Shown: positions 1 through 8,621, counted from the first letter of the stretch. The stretch is DNA of 64,000 nt from Candidatus Nanoarchaeia archaeon (GCA_041488275.1 JBGPOY010000003.1:14092-78091); one strand, 5' to 3'. Notes: generated from the sequence alone by a model not told the origin. Numbers and translations are program-made.

Positions 1-145
1 ATGGTCTTCTGCTGCTGTTCAAATGACATCTCGTCGTTCGGCTGCGCTTTCCCGCGCCACGCGTTCAAACAGAAACCGCAATTAAGATTGCAGGCGTATT
101 TGACAAGAAAGGTTGCGCTTTTCAGTTCCCGTCCCGCCTGAGCGC

Positions 146-207
146 TGCCCCGGGGAGTTGGAAGCGGGTTGTGCAAGTCAGAATGCAAACCTACCATCCT
201 GCCTGGG
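146..207 (+). repeat. Copy A of dispersed palindromic intergenic repeat family (core GTTGTGCAAGTCAGAA; right end CCTGCCTGGG)
   Basis: gttgtgcaagtcagaa at 168-183 and cctgcctggg at 198-207 match copies at 22778, 31772, 33857 and 36663. It lies just 3' of the Vps4-like gene. Confidence 0.7.
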
Positions 208-228
208 CCGGACTCATGCGCAGCAGGG

Positions 229-1371
229 TTATTGAGGACGGGCAGCATGGGTCTCGAGCGCGGCGGAAAGTTCGTCGTCAGGGAGTGCGCGTAAGTGGCG
301 CTGCACGAGCGAAAACCAAGGCCGCGTGCTGGGCGTTTTCTTCGCCAGCGCGTCCTCGAAGTCGTCCATCGTGATATCGCGCGTGCGTTTGGTGACGAGG
401 AACTCCTTGAGCGGGATGTCCGTCGCGGCTTCTGCAAGAGAAACAATGTCGGCACCCGAGAAACTTTCTGTAACCTGCGCCAACTTGGCAAAATCGATGT
501 TCTTCGCCAGCGGGCGTTCTTTCATGCGGGACGCGAGAATGCTGGTGCGCGCTTCTTCGTCAGGGGGAGGAACAAAGACCGTCGTTCCGAAACGTCCTTC
601 GCGGCGGAGCGCGATGTCAATCGCCCAAGGCACGTTCGTCGCCGCGATGAGCAGAATACGTTGGTGCTTGTTGCCGACGCTGTCCATTTCCGTGAGCAGT
701 TGGCTGACAAAATTGCGCTCATGCACGCCTGCCGTGTCGCGCTCGCCCCCCAGCGCCTCAAATTCGTCGAAGAAAATAATGGCGCCGCGCGGCTGTTCGC
801 GCGCGGCTTTGAACAACGCGGCGATGTTTTGCTCGGTTTCACCGACGTATTTGCTTTTCAAGTCGGATGCCTTGACGTTGAAGAACGCGACGTCGGCTTC
901 TCCTGCGGTTGCCTCGGCGAGCAGCGATTTTCCGCAGCCGGGCGGCCCGAACATCAGAATACCGCCGCCGACTTTCTTGCCGTATTTCTTGAAAACTTCC
1001 GGGTGTTTGAACGGCTCGATGATTTTGAGGCGGATGTCCTGCTTAACTGACTCGAGTCCGGCGATGTCCTTGAACCGCGTCTGCGGCTTGGCAATCAGCA
1101 TGCCTTTGATGCGCTCGTCCACGGCGGACGCGCCGCTTTCGCCGGCGACCTGCACGCCGCCGTCAAGCGTTTGCGCGCGCCAGTAGAGCGCGTTCGCGAC
1201 GTCAACGTAACGGCTCTTCGCTTCGGTGACGGTGGACTGCTTGCTCGCGTCCACGAGCAGTTTGGCAGCGGTGAGAAACGAGCGTTTTGCATCAGGCGAG
1301 CCTTGCTGTTCGAGTTGCTGCGCGTGCACGATGTACTGTTTCGCGTTTGCAACGAGCGTCAGTTCGTCCAT
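229..1371 (-). CDS. Vps4/CdvC-like AAA+ ATPase with N-terminal MIT-like helical domain
   Basis: 380 aa. Walker A GPPGCGKS and Walker B IIFFDEFE. About 70 aa of helical N-terminus precede a single AAA module. The ATG lies 1 nt after the stop of the upstream ORF. Confidence 0.8.
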   Translation of the reverse strand: MDELTLVANAKQYIVHAQQLEQQGSPDAKRSFLTAAKLLVDASKQSTVTEAKSRYVDVANALYWRAQTLDGGVQVAGESGASAVDERIKGMLIAKPQTRFKDIAGLESVKQDIRLKIIEPFKHPEVFKKYGKKVGGGILMFGPPGCGKSLLAEATAGEADVAFFNVKASDLKSKYVGETEQNIAALFKAAREQPRGAIIFFDEFEALGGERDTAGVHERNFVSQLLTEMDSVGNKHQRILLIAATNVPWAIDIALRREGRFGTTVFVPPPDEEARTSILASRMKERPLAKNIDFAKLAQVTESFSGADIVSLAEAATDIPLKEFLVTKRTRDITMDDFEDALAKKTPSTRPWFSLVQRHLRALPDDELSAALETHAARPQ

Positions 1372-1372
1372 C

Positions 1373-1906
1373 TTAGCTCCTCAACACGTCGCTGATGCTT
1401 TGTGACGGCAGGAATGCCTGCGCGATTCTGTTTTCGAGCAGACGCTGCTTTGCGTAGACGTCGTCGAGCTGGGTAAGTTCACGGATTGCATCTCGCGAGT
1501 CATACCGTTCGACTCTTGCGATGGCATGCTCACTTTTTCCGACAACGCTTTCAATCGTTGTAGGGGAGAATGTGCGGGGAGCGTCTCGTGAAATCGAGTA
1601 CACGCGTTCCGGTTCCGCAATCGCGGGCGTGCTGACGTAGATGCGCTCCGCGGCGTAACTGCGCCCCGTCTGCGTTTTCGGCAGCGGCGAGTCGTTTCCC
1701 GCGTACCGCATCGATACGGCGTAGTTGAACGTCTGTCGGGCCGCGCCGTCGCTTCCTTTGTAGCTTTCGTGCGCACTGGTTCCGGGCGTGCAGCCGCAGG
1801 AGCCCAGATCGCCGTTCAGCAGCGCGCTGCCTCCGCACGACATCAGTTCCTCGGGACGGACAAGTTCGTCATACCTGGTAGGAAAGACGTCTAGAAACAA
1901 AAGCAA
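1373..1906 (-). CDS. Hypothetical protein translationally coupled to the Vps4-like ATPase
   Basis: 177-aa ORF. The codon at 1906 is TTG and the first ATG is at 1843. The junction reads TAA-G-ATG. No recognisable domain. Confidence 0.5.
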   Translation of the reverse strand: MLLFLDVFPTRYDELVRPEELMSCGGSALLNGDLGSCGCTPGTSAHESYKGSDGAARQTFNYAVSMRYAGNDSPLPKTQTGRSYAAERIYVSTPAIAEPERVYSISRDAPRTFSPTTIESVVGKSEHAIARVERYDSRDAIRELTQLDDVYAKQRLLENRIAQAFLPSQSISDVLRS

Positions 1907-1995
1907 TTGTGCGTTCCGCGCGACAGCGGTGGGACAAACGAATCATCGTCTCGACGATACTCATTTTTATAAACCCGCAGAACGACAGGAGCAGT

Positions 1996-2919
1996 ATGGG
2001 TGAGATGCCGAAGGGGCTGAAGCAGCATGAAATCCAGCAGCAGGTAGACTGGACGCTCACGGACGAGGTCAAACAGCGCGCCCAGCACTATTATGACCTG
2101 CACCTTATCACCGACCTCAACAAGTACACCCTGTTTCAGTGCTCGATGTTTTCCGTTCTTGCCGCGCGGCAGGATTACAAGAATCACGTCAAAACGTACG
2201 CGCGTCTGCTGAGCCACGGCTACGGCGACCCCGCAAAGATTGTGGCCGACCAGAAAACGCTGCACTGGCACCGTCTCACGTCAGGATTAAGCGCGCCCAA
2301 CCAAAAACGCAAGTACCTCATCGGTTTGGCGAATTACTTTCTCAAGTCTCCTTTACCTGCGGAAATTGTCGCAGACGCGACGAACGGGCAGCACCGCGAG
2401 TTTGAGCTCCGCGACCAGTTCGCGCGCGAGGCTCCGGGAATCGCGGACAAGGGCTCCTCGATGCTGCTCGGACACATTGGGTACGAAAATGTCGTGCCTA
2501 TTGACACGTGGATGGTCAAGTTCCTCCGCGAACACGGATTTCCCGAGGTCAAACAGCCCAATTACCGCACCACTTCAGGACCGAAACACGACGTCTACCT
2601 GCGTTTGGAGACCGCCATCACGGAGCACGCCGAAAAGAACGGGCTCACGCCGTTCCGATGCCAAGTGTCCCTCTGGGTTGCGGCAACGCGCTGGACGCCG
2701 CAGAAATTCATCAATCCTCAGGACTTCATGAACACGCAGCAGCACGAATTGTGGATGCCGCGCACGCTTGAAGACGTACTGCCTGACGGCAAAGTCCCGC
2801 CGAAACCGTTCGAACACTTCAAGACCGACCGAAAAATCCAGCGCGCGGGCATTGAGGAAAAGGTGAAGACCGTCGATGCGTCTGCATCACAATTATTATT
2901 ATATAGTTCTCTCGACTAA
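1996..2919 (+). CDS. HhH-GPD DNA glycosylase/lyase, archaeal Ogg2-like
   Basis: GIADKGSSMLLGHIGYENVVPIDTW matches the Ogg2 helix-hairpin-helix region, including the catalytic Lys and downstream Asp. I prefer the ATG at 1996 (TATA tttttataaa about 25 nt upstream, aggag before the ATG) over the ORF-track start at 1909. Confidence 0.6.
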   Translation: MGEMPKGLKQHEIQQQVDWTLTDEVKQRAQHYYDLHLITDLNKYTLFQCSMFSVLAARQDYKNHVKTYARLLSHGYGDPAKIVADQKTLHWHRLTSGLSAPNQKRKYLIGLANYFLKSPLPAEIVADATNGQHREFELRDQFAREAPGIADKGSSMLLGHIGYENVVPIDTWMVKFLREHGFPEVKQPNYRTTSGPKHDVYLRLETAITEHAEKNGLTPFRCQVSLWVAATRWTPQKFINPQDFMNTQQHELWMPRTLEDVLPDGKVPPKPFEHFKTDRKIQRAGIEEKVKTVDASASQLLLYSSLD

Positions 2920-2934
2920 ACAGGCGCGGGGCGT

Positions 2935-4998
2935 ATGTTACTCAAATCGCTGTCGCTAAAAAATATTCGGAGCTATGTCGAACAGCAGGTGGAGTTTCCG
3001 TCCGGCACGCTGCTGCTCGCCGGCGACATCGGCTCGGGCAAGTCAACGATTCTTCTCGCGATTGAGTTCGCGCTGTTCGGACTGCTCCGCGGCGACGTCG
3101 ATGGAAGCGCGCTGCTCCGCAACGGCAGCCGCGAGGGTTTTGTCGAGCTCACGTTCACGCTGGACAGCAAGGAGCACGTGCTGCACCGCGCGCTGAAGCG
3201 CCAGAAGGAGCGAGTCAGTCAGGAAGCGGGCTGGATGCAAACGGATGGCGTCCGCAAGGACGGCACCGCCCAAGAGCTGCGCGCGTGGGTGCTCGACCTG
3301 CTCGGCTATCCGAAGGAGTTTCTCACCAAGAGCAAGAGTATGCTGTTCCGCTATACGGTTTTCACGCCGCAGGAAGAGATGAAACGCATTCTGTTCGAGG
3401 AAAAAGACGCGCGCCTTGAGACGCTGCGCCGCGTGTTCAACGTCGATAAGTACAAGCGCATCAAGGAAAACGCCGCAATCTACGTGCGGGAACTCCGGGA
3501 AGAACGCCGCTCGCTGGAAGGGCAGACAATTGACCTCGAATCAAAACGCAACGCGCTGGCGCTGAAACGCGAAGAATCCGACGCGGTCAAAGAACGCTCG
3601 GAACGCGTCAAGCACGCGCTCGAGATTGCGCGGCAACAGACGCAGGCGCAAAGGACAGTCGTTGTGCAGCACGAAGAGAGCGTGAGAAACGCCCAGCGCA
3701 TCCGCACCGATCTTTCCGTCGTACAGACCAGCGTCCTGCACCAGGAACAAACGCTCCAGCGCGCGCAGGCCGACCGCCAACGGCTGCTTTCCCAGCAGGA
3801 AACACTTGCCAAGGAACTTCCCGCGTCGCTTCCGCCGATTGAGCACGCGCGAGCGGCTGTCGCGCAGAAGGACGCGCAGCTCGCCGAGTTGGAGAAGACG
3901 ATTCGCAACTTCCACGCGGCAATAGCCCAGATTAGCACGATGAAGAAAATGTCGGAAGACTTGAAGCAGAAAGTCGCGTCCATCTCCAATTGTCCGACAT
4001 GCCTGCAAGTGGTCACGCAGGAGCACAAGAACCGCATCGCGTTTGGCGAGGACCAGAAACTGCACGAGCACGAGAAGCACCTTACCTATAATACTGCGAC
4101 CAAGGAACAGCTCGAGACGCAGTTGGTCATCATGCGGCAGGAACTGCAAGGGTTGCGTCTGCAGGAACAGCAGGCGTTGCTCGCGCACGCCAAGCAAAAG
4201 GCGCTCGCGGACCTCGCGCAGCAGGTCGCGGCAAAGGCGGAGCAGATAACGCAGTTCCACGACGCGCTCGAAGGATTACGGCAGAAAAAGACCGAACTCA
4301 TATCGATGGTTGAAGCGAACGCCAATACGGAGCAGGCGGCGACAAAAGCGAAACAGGCGCTCGATGTTCTGCTTATCGAGGAACGGAAATATGACGTCGA
4401 TTTCGCGCGGCTGACGCAGGATTATCACAGCATTGAGAAATATATCGCGTCGCTTGCCGATGAGCTCAAGCTCAAGGAACAGGCGCGCGAGAAACTGCAG
4501 CGCATCGCCGGCGTGCAGGCGTGGCTCACCGACCAGTTCTCCAACTTAATGGACGTGATGGAAAAGCACGTGCTCTCGCGCGTGCATCACGAGTTCAACG
4601 ACTTGTTCCAGCGCTGGTTCGGCATTCTGGTCGAGGACGAACTGCTCTCGGCGCGGCTGGATGACGCGTTCAGTCCGATCGTGGTGCAGAATGGGTTTGA
4701 AGTTGACGTATCTCATCTGTCCGGCGGAGAAAAGACCGCATGCGCGCTCGCGTATCGTTTGGCGCTGAACAAGGTCATCAACGACGTCATCGGCAGCATC
4801 CGCACGCGGGACGTCCTCATTCTTGACGAGCCGACGGACGGCTTCTCGAGCGAACAGCTCGACAAGGTGCGCGACGTGCTGGAACAACTGCATCTGGGTC
4901 AGGTGATTCTGGTCAGCCACGAAAGCAAGATTGAGTCGATGGTTGACTCCGTGCTGCGCGTGCAGAAGGACGGGCACGTGTCCCGCATCGCTGCGTAG
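2935..4998 (+). CDS. rad50: Rad50-type SMC-like ATPase (short form)
   Basis: Walker A GDIGSGKST, central zinc hook CPTC within a long coiled coil, signature SGGEKT, Walker B LILDEPTDG, and an H-loop-like SHES. 687 aa. Confidence 0.85.
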   Translation: MLLKSLSLKNIRSYVEQQVEFPSGTLLLAGDIGSGKSTILLAIEFALFGLLRGDVDGSALLRNGSREGFVELTFTLDSKEHVLHRALKRQKERVSQEAGWMQTDGVRKDGTAQELRAWVLDLLGYPKEFLTKSKSMLFRYTVFTPQEEMKRILFEEKDARLETLRRVFNVDKYKRIKENAAIYVRELREERRSLEGQTIDLESKRNALALKREESDAVKERSERVKHALEIARQQTQAQRTVVVQHEESVRNAQRIRTDLSVVQTSVLHQEQTLQRAQADRQRLLSQQETLAKELPASLPPIEHARAAVAQKDAQLAELEKTIRNFHAAIAQISTMKKMSEDLKQKVASISNCPTCLQVVTQEHKNRIAFGEDQKLHEHEKHLTYNTATKEQLETQLVIMRQELQGLRLQEQQALLAHAKQKALADLAQQVAAKAEQITQFHDALEGLRQKKTELISMVEANANTEQAATKAKQALDVLLIEERKYDVDFARLTQDYHSIEKYIASLADELKLKEQAREKLQRIAGVQAWLTDQFSNLMDVMEKHVLSRVHHEFNDLFQRWFGILVEDELLSARLDDAFSPIVVQNGFEVDVSHLSGGEKTACALAYRLALNKVINDVIGSIRTRDVLILDEPTDGFSSEQLDKVRDVLEQLHLGQVILVSHESKIESMVDSVLRVQKDGHVSRIAA

Positions 4999-5003
4999 TC
5001 ATT

Positions 5004-5020
5004 CGTAATGTTTATAAATA
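5004..5020 (+). promoter_or_regulatory. BRE/TATA promoter for the 5043 gene
   Basis: gtttataaata lies about 25 nt upstream of the gaagaagg-ATG. Confidence 0.5.
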
Positions 5021-5042
5021 AAGACGCGCATACGGAAGAAGG

Positions 5043-6482
5043 ATGGCAAAGAGGGTGCTGCAGACAATTCTATTGCTTGCCACGGTTCTCGCTCTCGCCT
5101 CGGTTGCCTTCGCGTTTGAATTCCACGTGGACATCCAGCCCAGCGAAGCCAGCACCAAAATCGGGCAGTCCGCCAACTATACGCTCACCATCTCGCACGA
5201 CTCTCAGAAAACAGAATCGTTTGACATTTATTCTCCCGACGTTGAATGGGACATCACGACCGACGTGCTGCGTCCGGTCGCGGTCGCGAAAGGCGAAACC
5301 AAGATCGTGAAGCTGATGGTGCGCCCGCTGTACGCCACGCCCGGCTATTACGCGTTCGCGCTGCACGTCCGGCACGCCGGCACGGGCGACTTGATTAAGA
5401 ATGTCATCATCATCGGCGTTCAGCCGAAGAACTACGTTCCCGGACAGTACACTCCCGCCGTGCGCATCACGCCCGTCATCGCGCCTTCCGTTGACCCGCG
5501 CGAACCGATTGTCGTCACGCTGAACGTCAACAACGCCAACAACCGCGACCTCAAGACCGTCGCGTTCAAGATTCGCAGTAATCTTCTGAATACTGACACC
5601 ATCATCAATCTGAACGGACTGGAAAAGAAACAGCTCGTCTTCCCCATCAGGATTCCCGCCGACACGCCGCCGCAAAAGGACACGCTCCGCGTCACCGCGC
5701 TCGTGCCTGACGGCGACGAAATCATCCCGTTCACCGCAGAACCTGTCGACTATGCCGTGATGGAATACGGCGAGATTGCCTCTTCCGTCGCGGAGAAAGA
5801 CACGTTCCTCAAGCGCGAGTGGGTCTACACGCTCACGAACAACGGCAACGCGCCGAAAACGACCGAATACAAACTCCGCAGCAACTTCTTCCAGAGCTGG
5901 TTCACGACCGCACCCGGAAGCCACGAAATCAAGCTCGCTGACGGACGCTACAACGCATGGGACATCAGCCTCGGCGTCGGCGAACACACGACTGTCGCCG
6001 TCACGACCAACTATCGCCCGCTCCTGATTATTTTCCTCATCGTCGCCGTCGCGCTGGGCGCGTACTACCTGTTCCGCAGCCCGCTCGTCGTGCGCAAGAG
6101 CGCCGTCGTGATTGCCGCCCGCGAAGGCGGCATGAGCGAATTGAAAGTCCTGATTGAAGTCTCCAACCGCAGCGGACGCCCCGTCAAGAACGTCCAAGTG
6201 CTGGACAAAGTGCCGCACATCGCCTCGGTCGTGCGCGACTTTGACGTCGGCACCATCCGCCCGGTGAAAATCGCCCATGACGACAAGAAAGGAACGCTGA
6301 TGAAGTGGGCGTTCGAAGAACTCGACGCGGGCGAGGAACGAGTCATCGCGTACAAGATTCGCAGCAAGCTCAGCATCCTCGGTCAGATGAGGCTGCCTGT
6401 TTCCGTTACGAAGTGCGAGACGTCTCCCGGACACGAAAGAAGGACGAAGTCGAACATTTCTCAGATTGGGTTCGGGCAGTGA
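5043..6482 (+). CDS. Predicted cell-surface/membrane protein (signal peptide, Ig-like repeats, one TM helix)
   Basis: N-terminal hydrophobic signal LLLATVLALASVAFA and an internal TM segment LLIIFLIVAVALGAYYLF. No catalytic motifs. Confidence 0.65.
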   Translation: MAKRVLQTILLLATVLALASVAFAFEFHVDIQPSEASTKIGQSANYTLTISHDSQKTESFDIYSPDVEWDITTDVLRPVAVAKGETKIVKLMVRPLYATPGYYAFALHVRHAGTGDLIKNVIIIGVQPKNYVPGQYTPAVRITPVIAPSVDPREPIVVTLNVNNANNRDLKTVAFKIRSNLLNTDTIINLNGLEKKQLVFPIRIPADTPPQKDTLRVTALVPDGDEIIPFTAEPVDYAVMEYGEIASSVAEKDTFLKREWVYTLTNNGNAPKTTEYKLRSNFFQSWFTTAPGSHEIKLADGRYNAWDISLGVGEHTTVAVTTNYRPLLIIFLIVAVALGAYYLFRSPLVVRKSAVVIAAREGGMSELKVLIEVSNRSGRPVKNVQVLDKVPHIASVVRDFDVGTIRPVKIAHDDKKGTLMKWAFEELDAGEERVIAYKIRSKLSILGQMRLPVSVTKCETSPGHERRTKSNISQIGFGQ

Positions 6483-6706
6483 CCCTCTCGCAAAAAGAAT
6501 GGAACGAGCGCAGACAGCAGCTCTTGGATTCCATGACTATTTCGGTTCAGGAGAGCGGCGGAAAAATCGTCACGAAGACGGTCTACTTTCCCAACAACGA
6601 TGTGCCTGAATTTCTTGAACGGTTACAGGCATTTGAGCGGCGCAGCAGACGTTCCACGCTCCAAATCGGTCCGTGCTACGACCGCAACGGGAAGTATTTG
6701 CACTAG
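6479..6706 (+). CDS. Possible small hypothetical protein
   Basis: An in-frame GTG overlaps the stop of the upstream gene (GTGA). This is the downstream part of ORF 6305-6706. There is no homology signal. Confidence 0.3.
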   Translation: MTLSQKEWNERRQQLLDSMTISVQESGGKIVTKTVYFPNNDVPEFLERLQAFERRSRRSTLQIGPCYDRNGKYLH

Positions 6707-6716
6707 CTAGAAAATA

Positions 6717-7094
6717 TTATTTCTCCCAGCTCTTGAAAATGTCGTAGAAGACCAAAGGACCGCGCTTTTCTTTGCGGTCGTATTCCGCTCGCTGTGACTG
6801 AGACATTGCCGCCGTTTCTCGCTTGTGGTCTTTCACGAGCATATAGCCGATGCCGAGCCACATGCTTCCCAAGACCGCGCCGATGAACAGTGTTTCGGCA
6901 ATAGGGTTCCAAACGTATTCGCGCTTGGGCGCAGGAGCGCGAGTGACTGGAAGAGGAGCGGGCATCGCCGTTGCAACGCGCACTTCAAGCGCAGCATCGG
7001 GCGCAGAAGTCGCTTGTTCGCTCTGCCCCATCCCAAAATCTTCAGGACAACAGCACGGGTACCAATAATCCTCAACATGCCCCATAAAAATCAT
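6717..7094 (-). CDS. Hypothetical small membrane protein
   Basis: 125-aa ORF with one clear TM helix (LFIGAVLGSMWLGIGYML). Confidence 0.5.
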   Translation of the reverse strand: MIFMGHVEDYWYPCCCPEDFGMGQSEQATSAPDAALEVRVATAMPAPLPVTRAPAPKREYVWNPIAETLFIGAVLGSMWLGIGYMLVKDHKRETAAMSQSQRAEYDRKEKRGPLVFYDIFKSWEK

Positions 7095-7142
7095 GAAATG
7101 CCCTGAACATAATAAATCTTTTGACGAAAAAGGAAGAAAATA

Positions 7143-7270
7143 TCCCCTTGCCCGGATTTGAACCGGGAACCTTGCGGGTTCTGCTGACTCACTGTCATCC
7201 TTGGCGTTGCGCCACGTCGGTGAGTGACTCTCGTCTACAGCCGCACGCTCTGCCGTTGAGCTACAAGGGG
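7143..7270 (-). tRNA. tRNA-Tyr(GTA) with a ~53-nt intron 3' of the anticodon
   Basis: Acceptor CCCCTTG/CAAGGGG carries C1-G72, the archaeal Tyr identity pair. D arm GCTC..GAGC, anticodon stem TGCGG/CCGCA with loop CTGTAG interrupted, T arm CCCGG-TTCAAAT-CCGGG. No encoded CCA. Confidence 0.85.
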
Positions 7271-7293
7271 CTGAGTGCTGATTTCGGGGATTT

Positions 7294-7310
7294 CCTTTTA
7301 AAGGTTGCTA
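7294..7310 (-). promoter_or_regulatory. TATA promoter for tRNA-Tyr
   Basis: cctttaaaagg (minus-strand reading) lies about 28 nt upstream of the tRNA 5' end. Confidence 0.5.
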
Positions 7311-7322
7311 CGCGGAGTTACC

Positions 7323-7337
7323 ATAACGTTTATATAG
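7323..7337 (+). promoter_or_regulatory. BRE/TATA promoter for tRNA-Asp
   Basis: aacgtttatata lies about 25 nt upstream of position 7361. Confidence 0.55.
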
Positions 7338-7360
7338 CGTCTGCTGAAAACGAAGGTCAT

Positions 7361-7432
7361 GCTCTGGTAGTCTAGCGGTCAGGATGGGACCCTGTCGCGG
7401 TCCCGACCCGGGTTCGAATCCCGGCCAGGGCG
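7361..7432 (+). tRNA. tRNA-Asp(GTC)
   Basis: Full cloverleaf folded by hand. Acceptor GCTCTGG/CCAGGGC, anticodon stem GGACC/GGTCC, loop CTGTCGC, T arm CCGGG-TTCGAAT-CCCGG. Confidence 0.95.
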
Positions 7433-7451
7433 TTTTATTATTCTTCACACC

Positions 7452-7781
7452 ATGGCACTGCTCATCCGGGATGTCAACGATGAACGATTGGACGAGATTG
7501 TGAAGTCGTCGGCATCCACCGTGATTGGGATTGCGTTTCTCGGCTCGGAGTCCGAGCCGTGCAAGAAGTTCGTGCCGGAATTGGTCGCGGCGGCGCAGCG
7601 GCTGGAGCATTCGATGACGTTTTACCGCATCGATGCGCTTGAAAATCCGGACATTACGGATAAGCACGGCGTGAAGGCGGTGCCGACCCTGCTGATTTTC
7701 AAAAACGGAAAGGAAATAGGAAAATATGAGGGACCGTACAGCAGAGAAGCGCTTTACGCGCGCATCACAAAAATCTTGTAG
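7452..7781 (+). CDS. Thioredoxin-fold protein with monothiol SEPC site
   Basis: 109 aa. The Trx-like AVPTLLIFKNG cis-Pro region is present. The WCGPC position reads SEPCK, so the first Cys is replaced by Ser. Confidence 0.7.
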   Translation: MALLIRDVNDERLDEIVKSSASTVIGIAFLGSESEPCKKFVPELVAAAQRLEHSMTFYRIDALENPDITDKHGVKAVPTLLIFKNGKEIGKYEGPYSREALYARITKIL

Positions 7782-7789
7782 AGGAAACC

Positions 7790-8263
7790 ATGAAAACCGA
7801 ACTGGCGACGTTTGCGATGGGCTGTTTCTGGCACGTCCAGCTCGTGTTTGACCAGGTGCCGGGCGTCATCAAGACGCGCGTCGGCTACACGGGCGGCGCG
7901 ATGAAGAACCCGACGTACGAAAACGTTTGCTCCGACGAAACCGGCCATGCGGAAGCCGTCGAGGTCGAGTTCGACCCGTCAAAAGTTGATTACGGAAAAC
8001 TCCTTGACGTCTTTTGGCGCAATCACGACCCGACGACCGTCGACCGGCAGGGTCCTGACGAAGGTTCGCAGTACCGCAGCGCGATTTTCTATCACGGCGC
8101 CGCGCAAAAAGCTGCGGCGGAAAAGTCAAAGGCGGCCGCGCAAAAGAAGCTCGGCACGAAGAATGTCGTGACGCAAATCGTCGAGGCAGGGCAGTTCTAC
8201 GCCGCCGAGGAATATCACCAGAAGTATCTGGCGAAGCGCGGGCAGACGACCTGCCGCATTTAG
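7790..8263 (+). CDS. msrA: Peptide methionine-S-sulfoxide reductase
   Basis: GCFW active-site motif, and GYTGG...HAEAVEVEFDP typical of MsrA. Confidence 0.9.
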   Translation: MKTELATFAMGCFWHVQLVFDQVPGVIKTRVGYTGGAMKNPTYENVCSDETGHAEAVEVEFDPSKVDYGKLLDVFWRNHDPTTVDRQGPDEGSQYRSAIFYHGAAQKAAAEKSKAAAQKKLGTKNVVTQIVEAGQFYAAEEYHQKYLAKRGQTTCRI

Positions 8264-8329
8264 CCACCATTCGGCGATTACAGAGTATTATATAATGTCA
8301 AGACGTAGGACGAACCAAAGGTGGTATCT

Positions 8330-8557
8330 ATGCTCGGCTGTAGAAAATGTCAAGGAATTGCGGGATGCATGTTCCTCGTGCTCGGAGTCCTCTTCTTGCT
8401 GAGAGACTTCAACGTGTGGAACTTCTGGAACGTCTCGTGGTGGAGCGCAGTGCTCGTCGTGTACGGCATCACCGTGCTCGCCCAGCGTTCGTGCGGTGAC
8501 TGTCAGGCGTGCATGGGCTGCGGTCCGTCTGCCTCGATGGCCATGAAGAAGAAGTGA
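8330..8557 (+). CDS. Small Cys-rich membrane protein, hypothetical
   Basis: The ATG at 8330 is preceded by aaggtgg, with TATA tattatataa about 35 nt upstream. Two TM helices and a CGDCQACMGC tail. Confidence 0.5.
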   Translation: MLGCRKCQGIAGCMFLVLGVLFLLRDFNVWNFWNVSWWSAVLVVYGITVLAQRSCGDCQACMGCGPSASMAMKKK

Positions 8558-8560
8558 GCG

Positions 8561-8582
8561 TTCCTTCGTGTTTTTTATTTGG
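8561..8582 (+). terminator. Oligo-T terminator
   Basis: The T-runs ttttttattt lie directly after the stop codon. Confidence 0.4.
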
Positions 8583-8603
8583 CTTCTCCAAAACAACGGT
8601 TGG

Positions 8604-8621
8604 AACGAAACCTTTATAAAC
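8604..8621 (+). promoter_or_regulatory. Consensus BRE/TATA promoter (aacctttataaacaaccccc)
   Basis: Same ctttataaaC..cccc box as the L7Ae (40321) and EF-1alpha (46170) promoters. There is no ORF downstream before tRNA-Lys. Confidence 0.5.

Noticed and set aside
1-29. Possible minus-strand gene start (ATG at 29-27, MSFEQQQKT...) running off the left edge.
   Set aside because: Only nine codons are visible, so it cannot be supported.
1909-1995. The ORF-track start at 1909 for the glycosylase.
   Set aside because: It would place two divergent start codons 2 nt apart with no room for promoters. The TATA box at about 1962-1973 and the aggag before the ATG at 1996 support the shorter model.
6305-6706. 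The full 133-aa ORF overlapping the 3' end of the 5043-6482 gene.
   Set aside because: The first 58 codons overlap a well-supported gene in another frame and are Arg-rich low-complexity sequence. Only the non-overlapping part, from the GTG at 6479, was kept, and at low confidence.
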